This document shows positions 24,900-39,019 of a stretch of 64,000 nucleotides of DNA, piece after piece. The notes beneath the pieces were generated by a model. The model saw only the letters and a program-made list of their open reading frames with translations, did no database searches and was not told where the DNA came from. This stretch comes from Dipteris shenzhenensis (Eukaryota): the NCBI GenBank assembly GCA_047967505.1, contig CM106538.1; one strand, written 5' to 3'. Positions within the stretch are counted from its first letter, which is position 1. Each line of letters begins with the position of its first letter. The position numbers and the translations under genes were made by a program.

Positions 24900-25420
24900 G
24901 GGATGTTTTCAATGATGGATCACTTTTGATTCGACCATCAAGAGCTATATCCTTGTCTATAATGGTCACCCTCTTTGCATATATACAGCAAAAATTTTCA
25001 TCTTCCAAAAATATAGTGACCAGTTGCACTTTTGCAGCCTCTTGCAATGTTGCCAAGGCAACACTTTGTATTCTTGCATTATACATGTATTCTTGCAAAA
25101 TCTCTTTCACCAAAAAGGAAAAAGGAGCTTTAGGCATAAGCGATTCGACACTCTTCTCACACCTCTTGATTTCTAAGAGTGCTCTCCTCCACGGTTTCAT
25201 TCAATATTTGCTTCTACTACTACCACCTCCACCATTGCCACCGCTATTGCCACCACGACCGTCGCCGCCACTGCTAGGGTGACCACCTCCTAATTTCTTT
25301 TCTCATTCTTTCTTTCTCTTTGACTTTCTTGTGTGGGATGTTTTCTTGGAAATTTGTGGGCTACTAGCTTGGACTTGCTTGTGGGTAATCGAAAGTCTCT
25401 TTCTTCCTTGGGCCCATTTC
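24900..25420 (-). pseudogene. Second, decayed histone H3-like gene
   Basis: KPWRRALLEIKRCEKS..LMPKAPFSFLVKEI..RIQSVALATLQEAA..LEDENFCCIYAKRVTIIDKDIAL; Gly-rich upstream tail interrupted by stops. Confidence 0.75.
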
Positions 25421-26439
25421 ATTGAGCCATTCCAAACTCATGATGTGTGTTTTAAAATGTGCACCTTGTGCTCTATGATACAAAATATCCATAGCTTGCG
25501 TACTCCAAACATTCAATGAACATACTTTTAATAAACCATGAATGATGGGTGTAAAGAATGTGTTGCACCCAACATAAAAACAAGCGCCAAATATGCTTTT
25601 TTCAATGCACACTAAAATTTGTAATAACTTTTCCATCTTGCACATGTTTCAAGCCCTTATTCATATGTGTAATGCTGACTCACTCTATCTTTTGTCTGTT
25701 CACTACTTCACACTTATCTAACTTGATATAACAAACACTAGTTTTCCATTGCAATTTGCAAAAGCACAATAGCAAAGCTGTCAAGCCTATGCACAATTTC
25801 TTGTTGAAATGATGCCTCTAGGAAAACATGAGATCAATACCCAAATTATTATACTCATCTCCTACCTTCATGTTGTAGAAATGGAAACTTGCAACTCGCA
25901 CCTTATGTACATCCCAAGAGCACATTGTTGTTCTCAGTGTACTCAAATGCAGGTAAATTTTTGGAGTACCACCATGGTGTCCAAAATGTCCAAAAAAGAA
26001 CCCAACATATCTTGCACAATAGAATTAGACCTTTTTCTTGCTTTCATAGCATGCTTAGGTCTCAGCAACATTGGATTCTTTAGACCATGGCAATGAAGTG
26101 CATTATAACAGATATTATAAATGGTCGACTATGTTGCCTAGATCATGGACCACCTCTTACAATATTGCAAGGGACAATGCACATCATCTGGGACCTTGAA
26201 GAATAGAAATGAATTCCTTTGTTTTTATGGCACTTTTCATAGCATAAAGTTTTTTGCAAGTGTTCTTTCCAACATCACTAATAAAATTCATGAAAAATAC
26301 TTTATGAACACAAATTCAACTTAATGGAACAAATTAATGTAAAAAACAAAAAGTACATTGAAAAGTACAATGAAAAAAATGGTTTATAATATAAACTGTG
26401 TGGCTTGCACTATCCATCCATGCTCTAACGCTTGGAAAT

Positions 26440-27520
26440 ACACTTTAATTGGTGGACACCTTTATCATTAGTGTGTAGATGGAGTTCTTGTAGATGGGTT
26501 ATACCACACAATCAATTTGCATGAAGCTCACTCAAGTCCATCAGGAGGACATTTCCAAGGAGAGTTAACTACCAAAAAAGTGTTGTAGGCAGGATGATGG
26601 TGGGAAACCTTGTTTAAGGATGCTCAAGCTAAGTGTAGTCATTGTGATGTTTGTCAGCACACCGGATGTTATTGCCCAATCATTCTATGCCATTGCAACC
26701 TACTCGACCTTGGGAAGCTTTTCAAAGATGGGATTTGGACTTTGTTGGCCCTTTTAAACCTACCAAGCTTACACAAAATAGATACATCATTCTAGCTACT
26801 GACTATGCTATTAAGTGGGCGAAAGATAAGGCACTCCAAGATAACTCAGCTTAGAACACTACCAAGTTTATTTTTGAAAACATCATCTACAGATATGGAT
26901 GCTCTTTATAGCTTGTTAGTGATCAAGGTTAACATTTCCTTAATGACATTGTACAATTCCTCAAGACTGATTTCAAAATCATGCATGCAATTTCCACTAC
27001 TTATTATCCTCATAGCAATGGTGAAGCTGAGTCCACAAACAAAACACTCAAGCTTATTGTCAATAAAATAGTGCAATCATCCATGAGTGAATGGCATACT
27101 AAACTTCATTCTGCTTTATGGGCATATAGGACTTCTTATAAGGTCCTTTACAAATCTTACTCTTTTTCGTATGGCGTTTGGCTTAGAAGTAGTAGTCCCC
27201 TTAGAATCTATTGTTCCTAGTCTTCATATTGCCACCGAGCATCACTTGGATGAGTCAGAAACAATCAAGAGGAGATTGCATCAGCTAAGCCACCTAGATG
27301 AGTTAAACCTTTGAGCAACCTGGTCATAGTAGGTGACACAGTGTAAAAGAAAGGCATGACATGATAGGCATATTGTGCCTAGGCATTTGAAGAAGGGTAC
27401 GCTTGTATTATTATACAGTGCCAAGCTGGGACCTCTTTAAAAAAATTTTAATCTAGGATGGAATGGCCCTACTAGTTAACTGAAGTTTTTTTCAATGGGA
27501 CAGTTCAACTTGAAGATTTG
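26440..27520 (+). mobile_element. Ty3/Gypsy integrase fragment (decayed)
   Basis: HHCC remnant (EAH..GGHF..CDVCQ), FQRWDLDFVGP, ATDY..KW, YYPHSNGEAESTNK, LWAYRT. Confidence 0.85.
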
Positions 27521-28099
27521 TAACGAAATGTATTCTGCGAGTTGTACCAAGCAACAAATTCCTCGGTCATGAAAGACTCAAATCTAGACCACTCAGTCGA
27601 TAATGCCTTGGTGGATATTATGCCAACAAGAGTGCTAGTTAGCTGTTTGGTGACAAGGGAAGAGAAGCATTGCATGCCAACATGTGGCTATTTTAAACAT
27701 TGTGGGGACATTAATACAAGAAATCATGTCCAAGAAAGGGGTACTCTACTTTATCTATAGCCATTCATCTGACAAGATGTCCAATTTTAGATCCCTTTTG
27801 GATAGATAGGGTTGTGGATTTTTGGCATCGCCTTCATTTGATTTTGCAATCTCTTACAGTCCTCGTATCTCTACCGCTCACAACAGCCCTCATACCTCTA
27901 TCGCTCACAACAGCCCTCTTGTTTCCATCATGCCCAAAAGTCTACTGTGTTTGCCACTCTTCTTCATTGTCCTCACCTCTAATCAGCTTCTACACAATCT
28001 TTTTAGCCATGAAGAGCGTAGGGAGTGGAGAGGAGGAGGAGGATATATACATATGTGCGCGCGCGCGTGTGTGTGTGTGTGCGCATAAATTAGAGAAAA

Positions 28100-28776
28100 T
28101 AAAGGAAGAAATTAGGTGATGAAATAAAGAAATAAATATAAGGAAAAATTAAGGTCCAAATTAGAGGAAATAAAGGAATAAATTAGGTGATGAAATTAGA
28201 TTAAATAAAGGAATAAATATGAGAGAGGTAAAGAGGGGTTAAAAAGAAAAGAGAGGGGGTAAGTAGAGAGGGAGTGAGTCGTGAAGAAAGAGGGGGGTTC
28301 GGTAGATAAAGAGGGGAATTTTTTGAGAAAGATGGAGACAGAAAGGTTACAGTTAGGAAGTGTAAAGAGAAAGGGGGTAAAGATACCTGTGTGTGTGTGT
28401 GTGTACATAATAATAATCGATTGAAAAATAGTAAATGCAAGGAGGGAAAGGTTAAAATAGGGAAGTTTGGAAGTAGAGGCAAGGAGGGGGAGGTTAAAAT
28501 AGGGAAGTTTGGAAGTTGGGGAGGGAAGGGAGTTCAATTGCACGTTGGGGGGGAGGGAAGGTCGAGGGGCCAGCGATTGGACGTCGAGGTGGCAGACGAG
28601 TGGGCAATTAGAAAGAAAGGGGTCAGGGAGAGTAGTTAGGGGTTAGGGAGAGCGGTTAAGGGTTAGGGAGAAAGGGATTAGGTAGACAAAGTAGTTAGGT
28701 TAAGAGAGAGTAACTAGGGAGAGTAGTTAGGGGTTAGGTGGAGAGAGAGAGAGAGAGGATAAAGAAGTCTAGAAAG

Positions 28777-28826
<50 letters not shown>

Positions 28827-28966
28827 AAAGAAGTCTAGAGAGAAAAATATGGTGAGAGGGGGGGGAAGAGAGGGGATAAAAAGGAGAGTGGAGAGAAAAG
28901 GAGGGAAAAGATAGAGTAGAGAGAGAATAGAAAGGGGGACGAGGGTGAAATGGAGAGATATGGGAT

Positions 28967-29006
<40 letters not shown>

Positions 29007-29160
29007 GGGGGGCGGGTGGGGGAGAGGATAAAAGGTGTGAGTAAATGAAGGGAGGGGAAGGATATGGAGAGGGGTGGGATTAGCAAGGGTAGAGGTAGGG
29101 TGTGAAATCAAAATTAAGGAGTAATAGGGAAGGGGAGTAAGAGTCATCAATAAAAACACT
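28100..29160. repeat. Purine-rich low-complexity tract with GA microsatellites and TTAGGG-like motifs
   Basis: Direct inspection. Confidence 0.65.
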
Positions 29161-30462
29161 GGGATTTTTTTTAATGGTCCTCACTAATGAGATATCTATA
29201 ATTGTATAGGAGAAAGACATTTCCACCCCCAAGATGCTAGTCCCATCCACCCCCAAGATGCTAGGGACTGCATCATCCCATTTGACCCTTGTTTGCACCC
29301 CTATTGACATTTTGGAGGGCTTCCCATTGACCTTTTCAGGCTATGCAAAATGGACGAGAAAGGATCGACTTTGCAAAACAAACTAAGAACGGATTGAAAT
29401 ATGCACCTTGTTGGATGTGACAGGAAGCCTAAATCTTGTTTGAAGTAAATGAGAAGTGAACTAACGGGATTGTCATCTATATGAGGCACGTCTTCCAACA
29501 GGAGGCTTTTACTAGAGTCGACACAGCAACAGTCACAGTCTCCAACATATGGCTTTCCACAGCTCTAATATAGATTCTCACGAGCAGTAGCTTAATAAAA
29601 GCTCTTGCAATTGAGCAACATAACCAATGCACTTGTACACAAAAATGGAGGTGGCAAAAAGAATGGTGCCACAATTGATGTGAACTACTTAATATGTCAA
29701 TCGCTATAACAAATAGAAATGAAGTGGCATCACTATTTGTATATCTATGGTCTAAGGTCATGCTCTTACACTTGTTTACACTTTAAAAGTCCTATATACT
29801 AATGGGATCTATCAACACAATGCCTAGATTCTCCTTAAGATCTTCAAATCATTGTTGTTGAATTCCTAACCTGTTTGAGACTCGGCTTTCTTATATCCTT
29901 GGGATTTCATAGTTTAAATCTCAATAGTGATTCCACATTTTTTAGATGCAATGCAATATTTGCAATACTGAAATTTTTCGGACATGCATGTTCAAATACA
30001 TGGAATAAAATAAAAGGCTAGTTTAAAAATTAAGTTAACAATTAAACTACCCAGTCATCATCAAGTTAGAAACTAGAAGATATAGAGCCTAGGCAAACAT
30101 GGTGAAGAGATCCTGATGGAACACGAAATGTCTGATTACATGTTTCTCATCAGCTTATGTATCTATAGCAGCCGGGTGCATGAACCGACAACAATGTTAG
30201 AAGGCAAGCCATTTGTGTCAGAAAAGCTTCCAAATTGTTCCACCTCACACATCAAGAGGTTTCAGAGGGAAAGGCAATCATATGTGAACAATTCTTGTAA
30301 ACGGTCACATAAAAAGAATAGCCAATGCATCTAACACAAAGTCCTGGGACACAAGCTAAAGTGGTACTCAATGACAAGAGTCAAAGCTACGCACAGCACG
30401 AGAAATCAGCAAAACTTCGATACCTCTCACAGTGGGAGGAATTTCCAAGATAAGCAACACAA

Positions 30463-30642
30463 GAAGAAATAGTATTTAGCTCGGCTGCTTCTAGAATCTC
30501 CTCACTAAAGGCTAGAGTCTGTAGCCCTTTAACCCATTCCAATTGTCCTATCGAAGAAATAGTATTTAGCTCGGCTGCTTCTAGAATCTCCTCACTAAAG
30601 GCTAGAGTCTGTAGCCCTTTAACCCATTCCAATTGTCCTATC
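30463..30642. repeat. Exact 90-bp tandem duplication
   Basis: GAAGAAATAGTATTTAGC...AATTGTCCTATC twice. Confidence 0.9.
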
Positions 30643-31459
30643 TTACACAATCATGCTTACAAAGAAACCAATCCCCACCTTTCAAACATAATCTCTCTCA
30701 AGTCCCACCATACATTTAAAGATCTCAATTGTGAGTTCCACCGATTGTCACCACTCACCAGAAATGATGATTGTACATGGGCCTGCTACACCAGCAATCA
30801 ATCCAAATGCACAGCCAAAGCACGTCTTGGAAGAAGTTTGTCTCACTTATATCTGCTGAATCGTCAAGAGGTGAGATCTTATTGTGCAAGTTGTGTCCTT
30901 GCCTTCATGTTCCTCTTAGTACAGGATGACATTGTAGCCTGTGCCAATTAAGCCCACAACGCCTGCATAACGTTGACCAATATCTTGCCAAAAACTAAGC
31001 CATGCTGCACTTCTTTGGGCAATGCATTAAAGAGCAGGAAGAGAAAACAAAAGGTGCAAGCAATAAAGGATGACACGAGAGAAGAAAACACAAGTAGGGG
31101 CAATGTGCATGGGTTTTCTTTCCCTTTTGTCTTTTGCAAGACAATGGCACAGGGGAGTGGTGTTGCGTGTTGCTCAAGCATTCCTCAAAATGGACCAAGA
31201 AAGGAAATTTTGTTTGTAGGGTGGGGATACATGTAATTAATCAACAGGTATGCATGTCTGTATAATGGCTATTATGGATCTCCAATTTTGCTTTGGGTAT
31301 CCCAATCACAGTTTCAAAAATAGCTGCTTTTGAATCCACTCTCTATGTGTACTAAGAAAGGAACCATTATTTGTAGGGTGGAGGTACAATTATTTATCTA
31401 ATTCTACATTGATCGTATGGTTGTCTGGCCTTGTTGAAGACGCCTACTACATGCTTCTT

Positions 31460-31635
31460 GAAGCTGGAAGCTAAGTCGGCGAAGTATTGCTCGTGAGATG
31501 TTGAAGACCATAATCTTGGTCTTTCCCAGGTTGATTGTCAGGTCTCTCTCTATACATAACACCTCTAAGGCCTCCAGATGTCTTTGCAACCCCTTCGCTG
31601 AAGATTATAAAAGGGCTATATCGTCAACGTACGGC
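31460..31635 (-). mobile_element. LINE reverse transcriptase fragment
   Basis: YVDDIALL..GLQRHLEALEVLC..LTINLGKTKIMVF. Confidence 0.75.
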
Positions 31636-33780
31636 CATGGGGTCAAGGGAGGAGGTGAGTACAAAAGCTGCACAAATCTAGGTTTTCCAAATAGGCAATT
31701 AAATTTGGGCCACTGATCTTTGCATGTTGATCTCCACCATCCAAAATGCACTTGCATCCTAGCTCTCCAAATAGGCACTTCCATCCGAGCTATTGATCTT
31801 AGATTTAAATCAAGGTTGCACAAGAGAGAATTTCTTTGCATTTGTGGACACTTTCAACATAAGGCTAGTTCTCCTATGCCATTAATCCCCAGTTCTTGTA
31901 GCTTATGTATATGCAGATTTGCAAGAAATTTGCCAATACAGGAGGAAGCCAATCTTTTGAATAGAACCAAAGAAATCACGAAGACAATCCATGTTGTGTA
32001 ACTCGTGATTGTCAGTTCTCCACAGGAATTCGTGAGCAACCTTAAGGCAGTAGGCCTAGCCATAATTGCATCAAAGACTTATTAGGAACATTACGGTACA
32101 AGAGGGCATGTGATAAAGGAACAAATCAGCCTTAATACCCCCAAAACAAAGCAAGCAAAAAATCACATTTTTAGTCTAGGAAACGTAAGGCTGTCACCAA
32201 ATCATTCATACAGACTTTTGACCAGTCCCAACAAAAGCTAAAACACCTTACTTAGTAATCCCTCAGAATAACCTAGAAAATACTTCAAAGTGCCCTTTCA
32301 AGTCATAGAGTCTATTAAGCCATACAATGCCTAAGCATTAACAATAACAAAACGAAACAAGTCGCATGCAAAGATGATTCCTTTTGTTTAGTCTGGTAAG
32401 TGTGTATCTCATGCAGTGTTCCAAAAAACTCCATCAACTTTACAGCCAATCTCCATTAACTGTGCCACAACACTCACAGTGCTGTTACACTTAACAATTC
32501 TGCCCTTGCTCAAGAGCATGTTCATATGGAAAAGGATCTCTATAAAAGAGAGAAATCAAAATATCTTTGTAGATGTTGAAATGCACCTCAACCTTATGTC
32601 CTAATTTTAAAACATGCCCTTGAAGGAATTGGAGTAAAACTTCCGTTGATCCTTTCCAACATATTGCATCATATAGGATTATGGCCTAGAATTGCGTAAA
32701 AGCATGCATAGTGCACACACTGTTTGAGAAGTGTGCACGTGCCATTTTTTGGTAAACTGCATTATACTGGTCATTGTTCCATCTAAATTAGTTAATCGTG
32801 TTCATTGAGAACCTTGAAAGTTGCTGTGGGATGGATGAGATGACTGGCCCATACCTCTGCATATACAAGCCACAGGTTTTATCAATACATGCCATTGTAT
32901 GGAAAAGAATTGCCAAGTCGAAAATCATACGAGTGACCAGAACAAGAACCAAAAACTGGCAGAACATTCAGACTCAAATAAAAATCTACAAGAACAGGAA
33001 ACTGTGCATCCAAAAAGAGTCAGGTTATTTACCTCTGCAACTAACCTAAGAGCTAAACGAAGGTCAGAAAAGAACAAAGGTTAGGATCCTTATTACTGAT
33101 TAGCATAATGAGATAATAATGTTCATAATAGAACACCGCCCTCAAGTCCAGACACTTGCAGGCTGTGTAAATAGGGCTTCGCCTCATGTGGCTATGTCAA
33201 GAGACAATGGAACTGTCCTAGAGTGAATATACTTTCAGGTGTAAAAATTGGGTTTGAACTAGAAGGGAGAGCCCACTTTATGCAAGATATGTCCCAAGAG
33301 TAAGGCGTCCCACGTCCTAAATCCCTCCGCAGGATTACAATCAAGCCTTCCAGCAGGCAATGCGCCCATTTTCCTCATTGGGGACTTCAATGCACATACA
33401 GCTAAGTGAGTCCATCTCACTAATTTACATGCTATTGTCCTACCAAACCGCAACCCACATAGATAAGGAGAATGCGCTCTAGTTTGACATTACAGAGGCT
33501 CCGAAAATGAAGCAGACAAAGTCATGACAACTAAACATGAAGGCTGATCAAAAGCTAGCCTCATATGCCTCTTATTTTTTCAGAGAAATTAGAGGCATTC
33601 AATTCATTTTTGTTTGCAAGAATTACCCATACACGAAAAGAAATACAAAAAGTCTTCAGTCTTGAACTCAAACATCAATTCTACCTTGTGACATTGAAAC
33701 GATGAAAGCTAACATAACCAAGTCTATAGCATATCAAGATTTAAACTTGGAAGAATCAAATTTGATAAATCAAGTGACAG

Positions 33781-34292
33781 TGTTGATAAAAGCAATGAGC
33801 AATGGAGTTAGTTCCTAAAATTTCCCTTGGGGATAAGAATTAATTAAAGGTAAAAAGAGTGGTACGTGGACCTTCGGTCCTAGAATAAGACAGAGAGTTT
33901 TAGGGACCACATGATGCGGAAAGCCCCTACATACATCCATCATAGATGAAGGGTATGGCTGCCATATGGCACCAATCCGCTGGCCTATATCATGTGGCCT
34001 TGCCATGTGTCACAGGCATGGATTCACCATGTCACCCACCACTCTAGGGCAGCCCGATCAAGATGCAAATATTGTAGCTATGGATGTGTTTGATGCATTT
34101 CGATTGGGCACACTGTGTTTGTATGCCACATAGGATGGGGCTGAAGCCTTGGCTCTTGTGAGAAGCCACTAGCAAGATTCTCCCTCTCACCTCCTTAGCT
34201 ATGGTTTGTTATATGCAAGGTTCATTGTGTGTTTGGCATAAGTTGCTGCATTTTTAGTTTGGTGCTGTCACAAGTCGTAAACAGAGTTTCCA
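33781..34292 (+). mobile_element. Copia-type LTR, related to 40677-41130
   Basis: TG...CA termini; shares blocks such as TGGAGTTAGxTCCTAAA and GGTTCATTGTGTGTTT with 40677-41130. Confidence 0.6.
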
Positions 34293-35189
34293 TTGACCAT
34301 TTATTTGACCATATTTAAAGAGTCTTATTTATGTAATTATGTTCAAAAAGTTATATTTAATTGCTCAAAGTATTGACTTCAGTAAAAGATAGTTAATCTC
34401 GGTCACATAATCCTAACCCTGGTTAGGAAGACTTGGCGTAAGCCAAGAGAGTTAACTGCAGTGAGCCAAAGAACCTCTACTGACTCCGGTCATAAACAGT
34501 TAACTTCGGTCAACACGACTTAGCTTCGGCCAAAGCAGGCTGACTTTGGTCGAAGAATTCTAGCATTAATTAAGGCACCTTGACCCTTGGTCAAAGCTTA
34601 ATTATGGCTAGAAAGGTTTGGCTTCGGTCAACCATAGAGTTAGTTATTTTATGTGCACATGTTTGCTTGGTGGGGATGCCCACACAGAGTAGGATTAGTC
34701 TAGAATTTATTTGCATGCAAAAGCGCTAACAATTAATGGGTGCCATGGCTATGTGCGCTTTATTTCATGTTGCAGATTCTAAGAGGGGTTGATTGGCCAA
34801 GCGCTATGGAGCCCAGTGGGTAGCCAGGAGATGTCCATGTGACCGAGGGCTACGAGAACCTAGAGTTTTGCCCTTTGTGGCATGTAACTAAATCTTAGTT
34901 AGTTATTTTGACACTTGGCATGTTGCCAAAAGAAATGAGCTCATAGATCTTTTGGAAGGATGATTTCTTCTATGTTTTTCAACTAAGCAGCCCGTGAGCT
35001 GAATTGTAAGCTGTACTCAGAATTTTTCTGCATGAATAAAAGCCTTCGGCTGTGTATGAGAGAGAGGGAGAGAGAGAGAGAGAGTGATTTTCTCAGCAAG
35101 GGTTCCATCAGCCAGCAAGTAAAAAGATTTTCGGTGATGCTGAAAGTGACGCTGTCTTTACAAAGGTCTAGTTGGTTCGTGGTTTACAT

Positions 35190-38100
35190 TGGTATCAGAG
35201 CATAGGTTCATAATCTTTCCAGGCTATGACGATCCAGTAAGAAAGAAGGAACGGGCGTTGATTCACGAAGGGATAATTTTGATGGCGGCCTGGCTCATCT
35301 TCTTTCTGAAGAAGTGACAATTAAGGAGTCTACACAGATATGCAGCCTAGGGATATTGTTCGACGTGTTCACGTCATGTGCAGAGAATTCACGCAGAGAA
35401 GGCCTAAACCTGCTGATAGATTCGTCGCTAACGCGTGAACGTTTGACAAAAGGTTATCGTGCGAGAATCAAGGCGGAGCTCACCCCGAACCAGTGACGAA
35501 ATTCCCTAGTTTTTTCAAGTGCTCATAAAAGGGACTAGGGTTCCGAGAGTCAATAGTGGTGATTCTTGTGCGTAAACCAAATTCCCGTGGGCACAGGTCT
35601 GATATGGGCACAAGCTCTTGCAGATGCTATGCAAAAAATTAGGATGCCAAGGCTTGGGCATCTCCACGACTGACGATCAGCGACGCCTCCATGCGCAGCA
35701 ACATTTGCCCCAAGTGCTGATGTGGCGCACACGTGCGGTTTGACATGGCAGTACAATGTACAATGCTGATGTGGCAAACACATGTGCTGATGTGACCTGA
35801 CAATGACACGTGGCAATTTTGCAAGCTGACATGGCAGTCACTTAAGCTGCTGAGGTGGTAAACCTCTGGTTACCCTGGTTGGTTAAGCCTGGTTATAGCT
35901 TGTGAGTATTACAGCTGACCAGACCAGATTCATCGAGTTAACCAAACTGTACTTTGATTTAGTTACTCCAGTTAGCCAGCCAGTTACGAGAAAAAAAATG
36001 GCTTTTACCTGTCAATTTTTCACCTGTCATAGTACAGTTTAATTGTCAGTATCTGTCAGAAAATAGCAGAAAAACAGAGATTTGCAAAAATAAAGAGAAT
36101 TCAGATGCATACTCAATGCTTTTTGCAGTAATCTGAAAAAGGGCACACAGCTTTGAGGTTATTCTTTGACCCTGACAGCCAGTCTTTGGCATGAATTTGG
36201 GCTAAGTTGTGAGTGCATTACACCTCTTGCTCATGTATTTTATATTCTAAAAAAGATAGACTGAGTGCATCAGTTGCATATACTCTGTGAGAGAGTTTGC
36301 AGAACTCAAGGAAAGTTGCAGAGAATGGCTACAGCAGAATGCTATACCGTCTCATGAGGAGAGTGCCAAGAATGATCAAGCTATGCAAGAGCAGAGTGTG
36401 CAGTCCAAGACTGAGGCAACTTACAGACATTCACTGGCACAGCACATGGAAGCCAGAAGGGATCCATTGTTTCGCAGACTCGTAAATCCTCATGCAGAGG
36501 AAGAGCAGCAGAGAGTTTCTTTTGGGGCAACGCAGAAGGTGACAGCCAAAAAGAGATCCCTGGACACAATCCATGTTCTTCATGTCGATGATGTTTCCAG
36601 GAAGAGCAAGAAACCTCTAAAAGAGGAGAGAAAAAAGAGGAAAGCAGGTAGTCAGGAAGGGAGTACGCCTTCCAAGAAGAAAAAGGCTAAGCATCATCAT
36701 AGTTCTTCAAGTTCCTCTTCCTACCTCTTCATCCTCATCATTGTCGTCTTCTTTTGGATCATCGAAGCCAAAGCATAAGAAGAAGAAGAAGTCGGGTAAG
36801 AAGGCAAAGACCAAGGAGTTTAAAGAGGGTGGGAAGTCTGTCAGGTTTGGTACATTCAATGGCCAGTATGGCCAAACAGAAAAAGCCATGCAATTCATTA
36901 GACAGTTTGATGCAGCTTTTGACACGGAGAAATTTTCTGAGTCCTCCAAGCTGCAAATGGTTAGTTTGCACCTGACAGCAACGGCTAGTGCATGGTGGAG
37001 CCCACAGACTACAGCTAGCACTACTCCAAGGAAGTGGAAGGGCTTCAAGAAAGCTTTCTACAAACAGTTTATGCCCAAGCAGTTCAGGGACCATGTCCTT
37101 GTTGCCTGGGACAGTTTGCTTATGGATGTAGGAGATAAGTAGAGGCCTACAACCAGAAATTTTGGGATGCATACTTGCATATTACTCCCTTCAAGAAGGT
37201 CTCAAAGAAGACCCAGGTAAGACAGTACAGGTCTGGTCTCACTCCAAAGATACAGGGTATGGTTAATACCCAACAACATAAGGGCATACAAGATATCATG
37301 CACGCAGCCATTGTGGCGAGCTTAATGTATATGCAGGATCCCACCACAGTGCCTTCTATTTTTGTTGGGCCAACAGCTAAGAAAAAGCCAGCCACACCTC
37401 AGCTAAAGAAAAGGAGTTTCTGAAGGCTTAAAAGAGGGAATTTCAGCCTCAAAACCCGAGGGGAAGCCAAGCACCAAAAGCCTTTAAGGGTAAATCACAG
37501 TTTTCCCCTGAGCAAATAGCCTGGGACAGTTTGCTTATGGATGTAGGAGATAAGTAGAGGCCTACAACCAGAAATTTTGGGATGCATACTTGCATATTAC
37601 TCCCTTCAAGAAGGTCTCAAAGAAGACCCAGGTAAGAAAGTACAGGTCTGGTCTCACTCCAAAGATACAGGGTATGGTTAATACCCAACAACAAAAGGGC
37701 ATACAAGATATCATGCACGCAGCCACTGTGGCGAGCTTAATGTATATGCAAGATCCCACCACAGTGCCTTCTATTTTTGTTGGGCCAACAGCTAAGAAAA
37801 AGCCAGCCACACCTCAGCTGAAGAAAAGGAGTTTCTGAAGGCTTAAAAGAGGGAATTTCGGCCTCAAAACCCGAGGGGAAGCCAAGCACCAAAAGCCTTT
37901 AAGGGTAAATCACAGTTTTCCCCTGAGCAAATAGCCATTTTTTGCAAAGAGGAGAAATGTTTCAGGTGTGGGAAAGAAGGGCATGTGGCTGCCCAGTGCC
38001 CTGAGAAACCTTTGGGTTCTAGGGAGCAGAGAAAGCCACCAAGATAGCAAAGACCAATGGCAAGAGGAATTCCGAACATTTTGGGCAGAGTGACAAATCC

Positions 38101-38450
38101 ATAGGAAAGAGAGTTACTGCTTTCTTGGGGCAAGATAAGAGACTAGCAGGCGCTAATATTGTTTGATCCTGGGGCTACATATAACTTCATCATAGAGGAT
38201 TTAGCCCTGAGGCTGGGGATAAAGACGAAGGAGTTGGACAGGGCTCTAGATGCTAACGAGATGTTTTGTAGGAACTCTGTGCCTGTTACTCCCCTGATAG
38301 GGAAACTCCGTATCCATCTGTTGAAAGTAGCCGAGGCATTTGTCAACCCAAAAGGCATCACCAGATAATCATACAACCCAAAAGTAGTGTGAAACGTTGT
38401 CTTGTGCACATCCTGTGGCTGTATCCTCACTTGGTGATAACTGAGCAAAA
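35190..38450 (+). mobile_element. Ty3/Gypsy internal region: PBS, gag, protease, then an inverted RT fragment
   Basis: PBS TGGTATCAGAGC at 35190-35201 after ...TTTACA; gag ORFs 36287-37142; zinc knuckle CFRCGKEGHVAAQC at about 37958-38000; protease [11 protein letters not shown]; minus-strand [21 protein letters not shown] at about 38320-38445. Confidence 0.82.
37104..37933 (+). repeat. 415-bp tandem duplication within Gypsy gag
   Basis: Near-identical ORFs at 37175 and 37590, offset 415 bp. Confidence 0.9.
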
Positions 38451-39019
38451 GACAACAAAGAATGCAAGCAAGCATCAATAGCAAACTTGTAGTGCCACTG
38501 GTCGTCAATGATCCAGAGCAGATACAATTGGCGACAACCTACACAATACAAACAAATAAAAGGGGCAAACGATAAGCGGCATTTCACAAGTGGGGTAGCA
38601 CTAAAACTACTGCAAGCCAGGATGACATAACCTAGAAACAATCCACTAACAAATGATGAATGAAAAGAACAATGACAAGCCCATGTTGTGTTGCAGCCCG
38701 CAGATCTTATCCGAAGCAGTTGACGTGATTAAGGTAAGAGACATTAACGGCACCTACAAAATTATAGAAAGACACCTACAACCATAATAGCGCCAGAAGC
38801 AAGGTTGACAACCTGCACAAACAAGACCAACGAGACTGAAGGCTACGCAAAGCACAAGAGAAACATATTAGCACAGGCGAAATCAAAGATCGCCATAAGG
38901 AAGAGGAAACCAATGGAAAGAAGTGTTCTATCCTATCACTAAGCAAGTAGTACAAAGAGAAAGAAAGAAAGAAAGGTTATAATAGAGAGACAGAGAGAGG
39001 GAGAGAACCACCATTTTTG

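Noticed and set aside
28620-28740. Interstitial telomere
   Set aside because: Only scattered, non-tandem TTAGGG motifs within a purine-rich repeat.
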